Below are positions 63,384-64,000 of a stretch of DNA of 64,000 nucleotides, one piece after another. The translations under genes were made by a program, and so were the position numbers. Location: the IMG/VR virus record IMGVR_UViG_3300032227_000993. The stretch is one strand, 5' to 3'. Within the stretch, counting starts at the first letter, position 1; each line of letters opens with the position of its first letter. The notes beneath the pieces were generated by a model, which saw only the letters and a list, made by a program, of their open reading frames with translations, was not told where the DNA came from and made no database searches. Source of the DNA: a virus. Its lineage: Duplodnaviria > Caudoviricetes.

Positions 63384-64000
63384 TTATGCTCCTAGTACGT
63401 GTTTAGCGTGTTCGTAATGCTTTTTACGATCTTCTAATCCAATCGTGCCACCGTTGATACGTTTTGTCATGGTGAGAATATCATCTGTGTCGGCGTATTG
63501 GTTCAAGTTGTTTGCTTCCCAGAACCAGCAAGCTGATTGGATAGCACCTTCAAATGTTTCTAAGAAAGCTGGAACGTCTTCTACAGGCATTTCCAAACTG
63601 TCAGCAAATGCTTGATAGTTTGACTTACCAGTCAACTGGATTAGGCCACGACCGCAATAACGGAATCCATCACCCGAAGCTTCGTCACCGTTGCCCATGC
63701 GATTGGCATAAACGCGATTGGCAATTAGTTCTGCCTTGTTAGGCTGACTCGCATACTGTTCAGCAATAGCATCATTTGGAAAATATTTAGGAAATACCTT
63801 GCGTAGTGTGGCCGCACGATAGTTTAAATTTTCGTGTAGTGCTGTAAAGCCGCCTGACTCGTGAGCGCATTGTGCTAAGAAAGCCGCTTCACGCTGTGGT
63901 GTGTTGATATCGTAGTCAGGAAGAATTTTGTTCAGTGCTTCCGTCCAGTGATCCAGGTGTGGATTACCAGGTAAAATTTGTGCTAATTGGTCTTGTGAAA
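63384..64000 (-). CDS. glycoside hydrolase family 19 endolysin, 5'-truncated by window edge
   Basis: Frame open past window end: AAFLAQCAHESGGF, ENLNY, GRGLIQLTGKSNY, INGGTIGLEDR. Confidence 0.92.
   Translation of the reverse strand, partial: SQDQLAQILPGNPHLDHWTEALNKILPDYDINTPQREAAFLAQCAHESGGFTALHENLNYRAATLRKVFPKYFPNDAIAEQYASQPNKAELIANRVYANRMGNGDEASGDGFRYCGRGLIQLTGKSNYQAFADSLEMPVEDVPAFLETFEGAIQSACWFWEANNLNQYADTDDILTMTKRINGGTIGLEDRKKHYEHAKHVLGA

Noticed and set aside
714-63742. Numerous short plus-strand and alternate-frame ORFs in the track
   Set aside because: They overlap well-supported minus-strand genes or RNAs, lack RBS/motifs and read as shadow frames
1-64000. CRISPR array, integrase, IS element, intron or intein
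   Set aside because: No regularly spaced repeats or transposase/integrase motifs, and no interrupted core genes seen by eye

Overview
This is a 64-kb segment of a large, AT-rich, T4-like (myovirus/jumbo-type) lytic phage genome, with almost all genes on the minus strand. Evidence for that call: family-B DNA polymerase, gp45-like clamp, DsbA-like protein, RNase H/FEN, TAAATA late-promoter motifs and a GH19 endolysin-spanin-holin cassette. A Gram-negative, probably betaproteobacterial, host is inferred from the spanins, a Bug/TctC-type binding protein and a TorF-type porin. Main blocks: (1) ~1-15.3 kb: 12 CCA-encoding tRNAs (two with rare A34 anticodons), several unexplained structured intergenic RNAs, a leader-peptide/terminator in front of the tRNA operon, an RNAP omega homolog, radical-SAM enzymes and a circularly permuted two-piece tmRNA with a 29-aa tag. 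(2) ~21-38.6 kb: a 7-deazaguanine DNA-modification pathway (folE, queD, queE, DpdL-like, dpdA) interleaved with MetK, a PRTase, an NDP-sugar pathway including a C-methyltransferase, and two glycosyltransferases. (3) ~39.7-44.3 kb: replication genes. (4) ~47-58 kb: late multi-module proteins with capsid-targeting-like N-termini, plus Dps. (5) ~58.7-64 kb: ClpA, DnaJ and lysis genes. The most striking unexplained element is a ~95-nt intergenic sequence at 45216-45309. It is built from segments identical to conserved functional centres of 16S and 23S rRNA, and it has an architecturally similar relative inside the tRNA operon. All homology calls are from motif recognition by eye; no searches were run.
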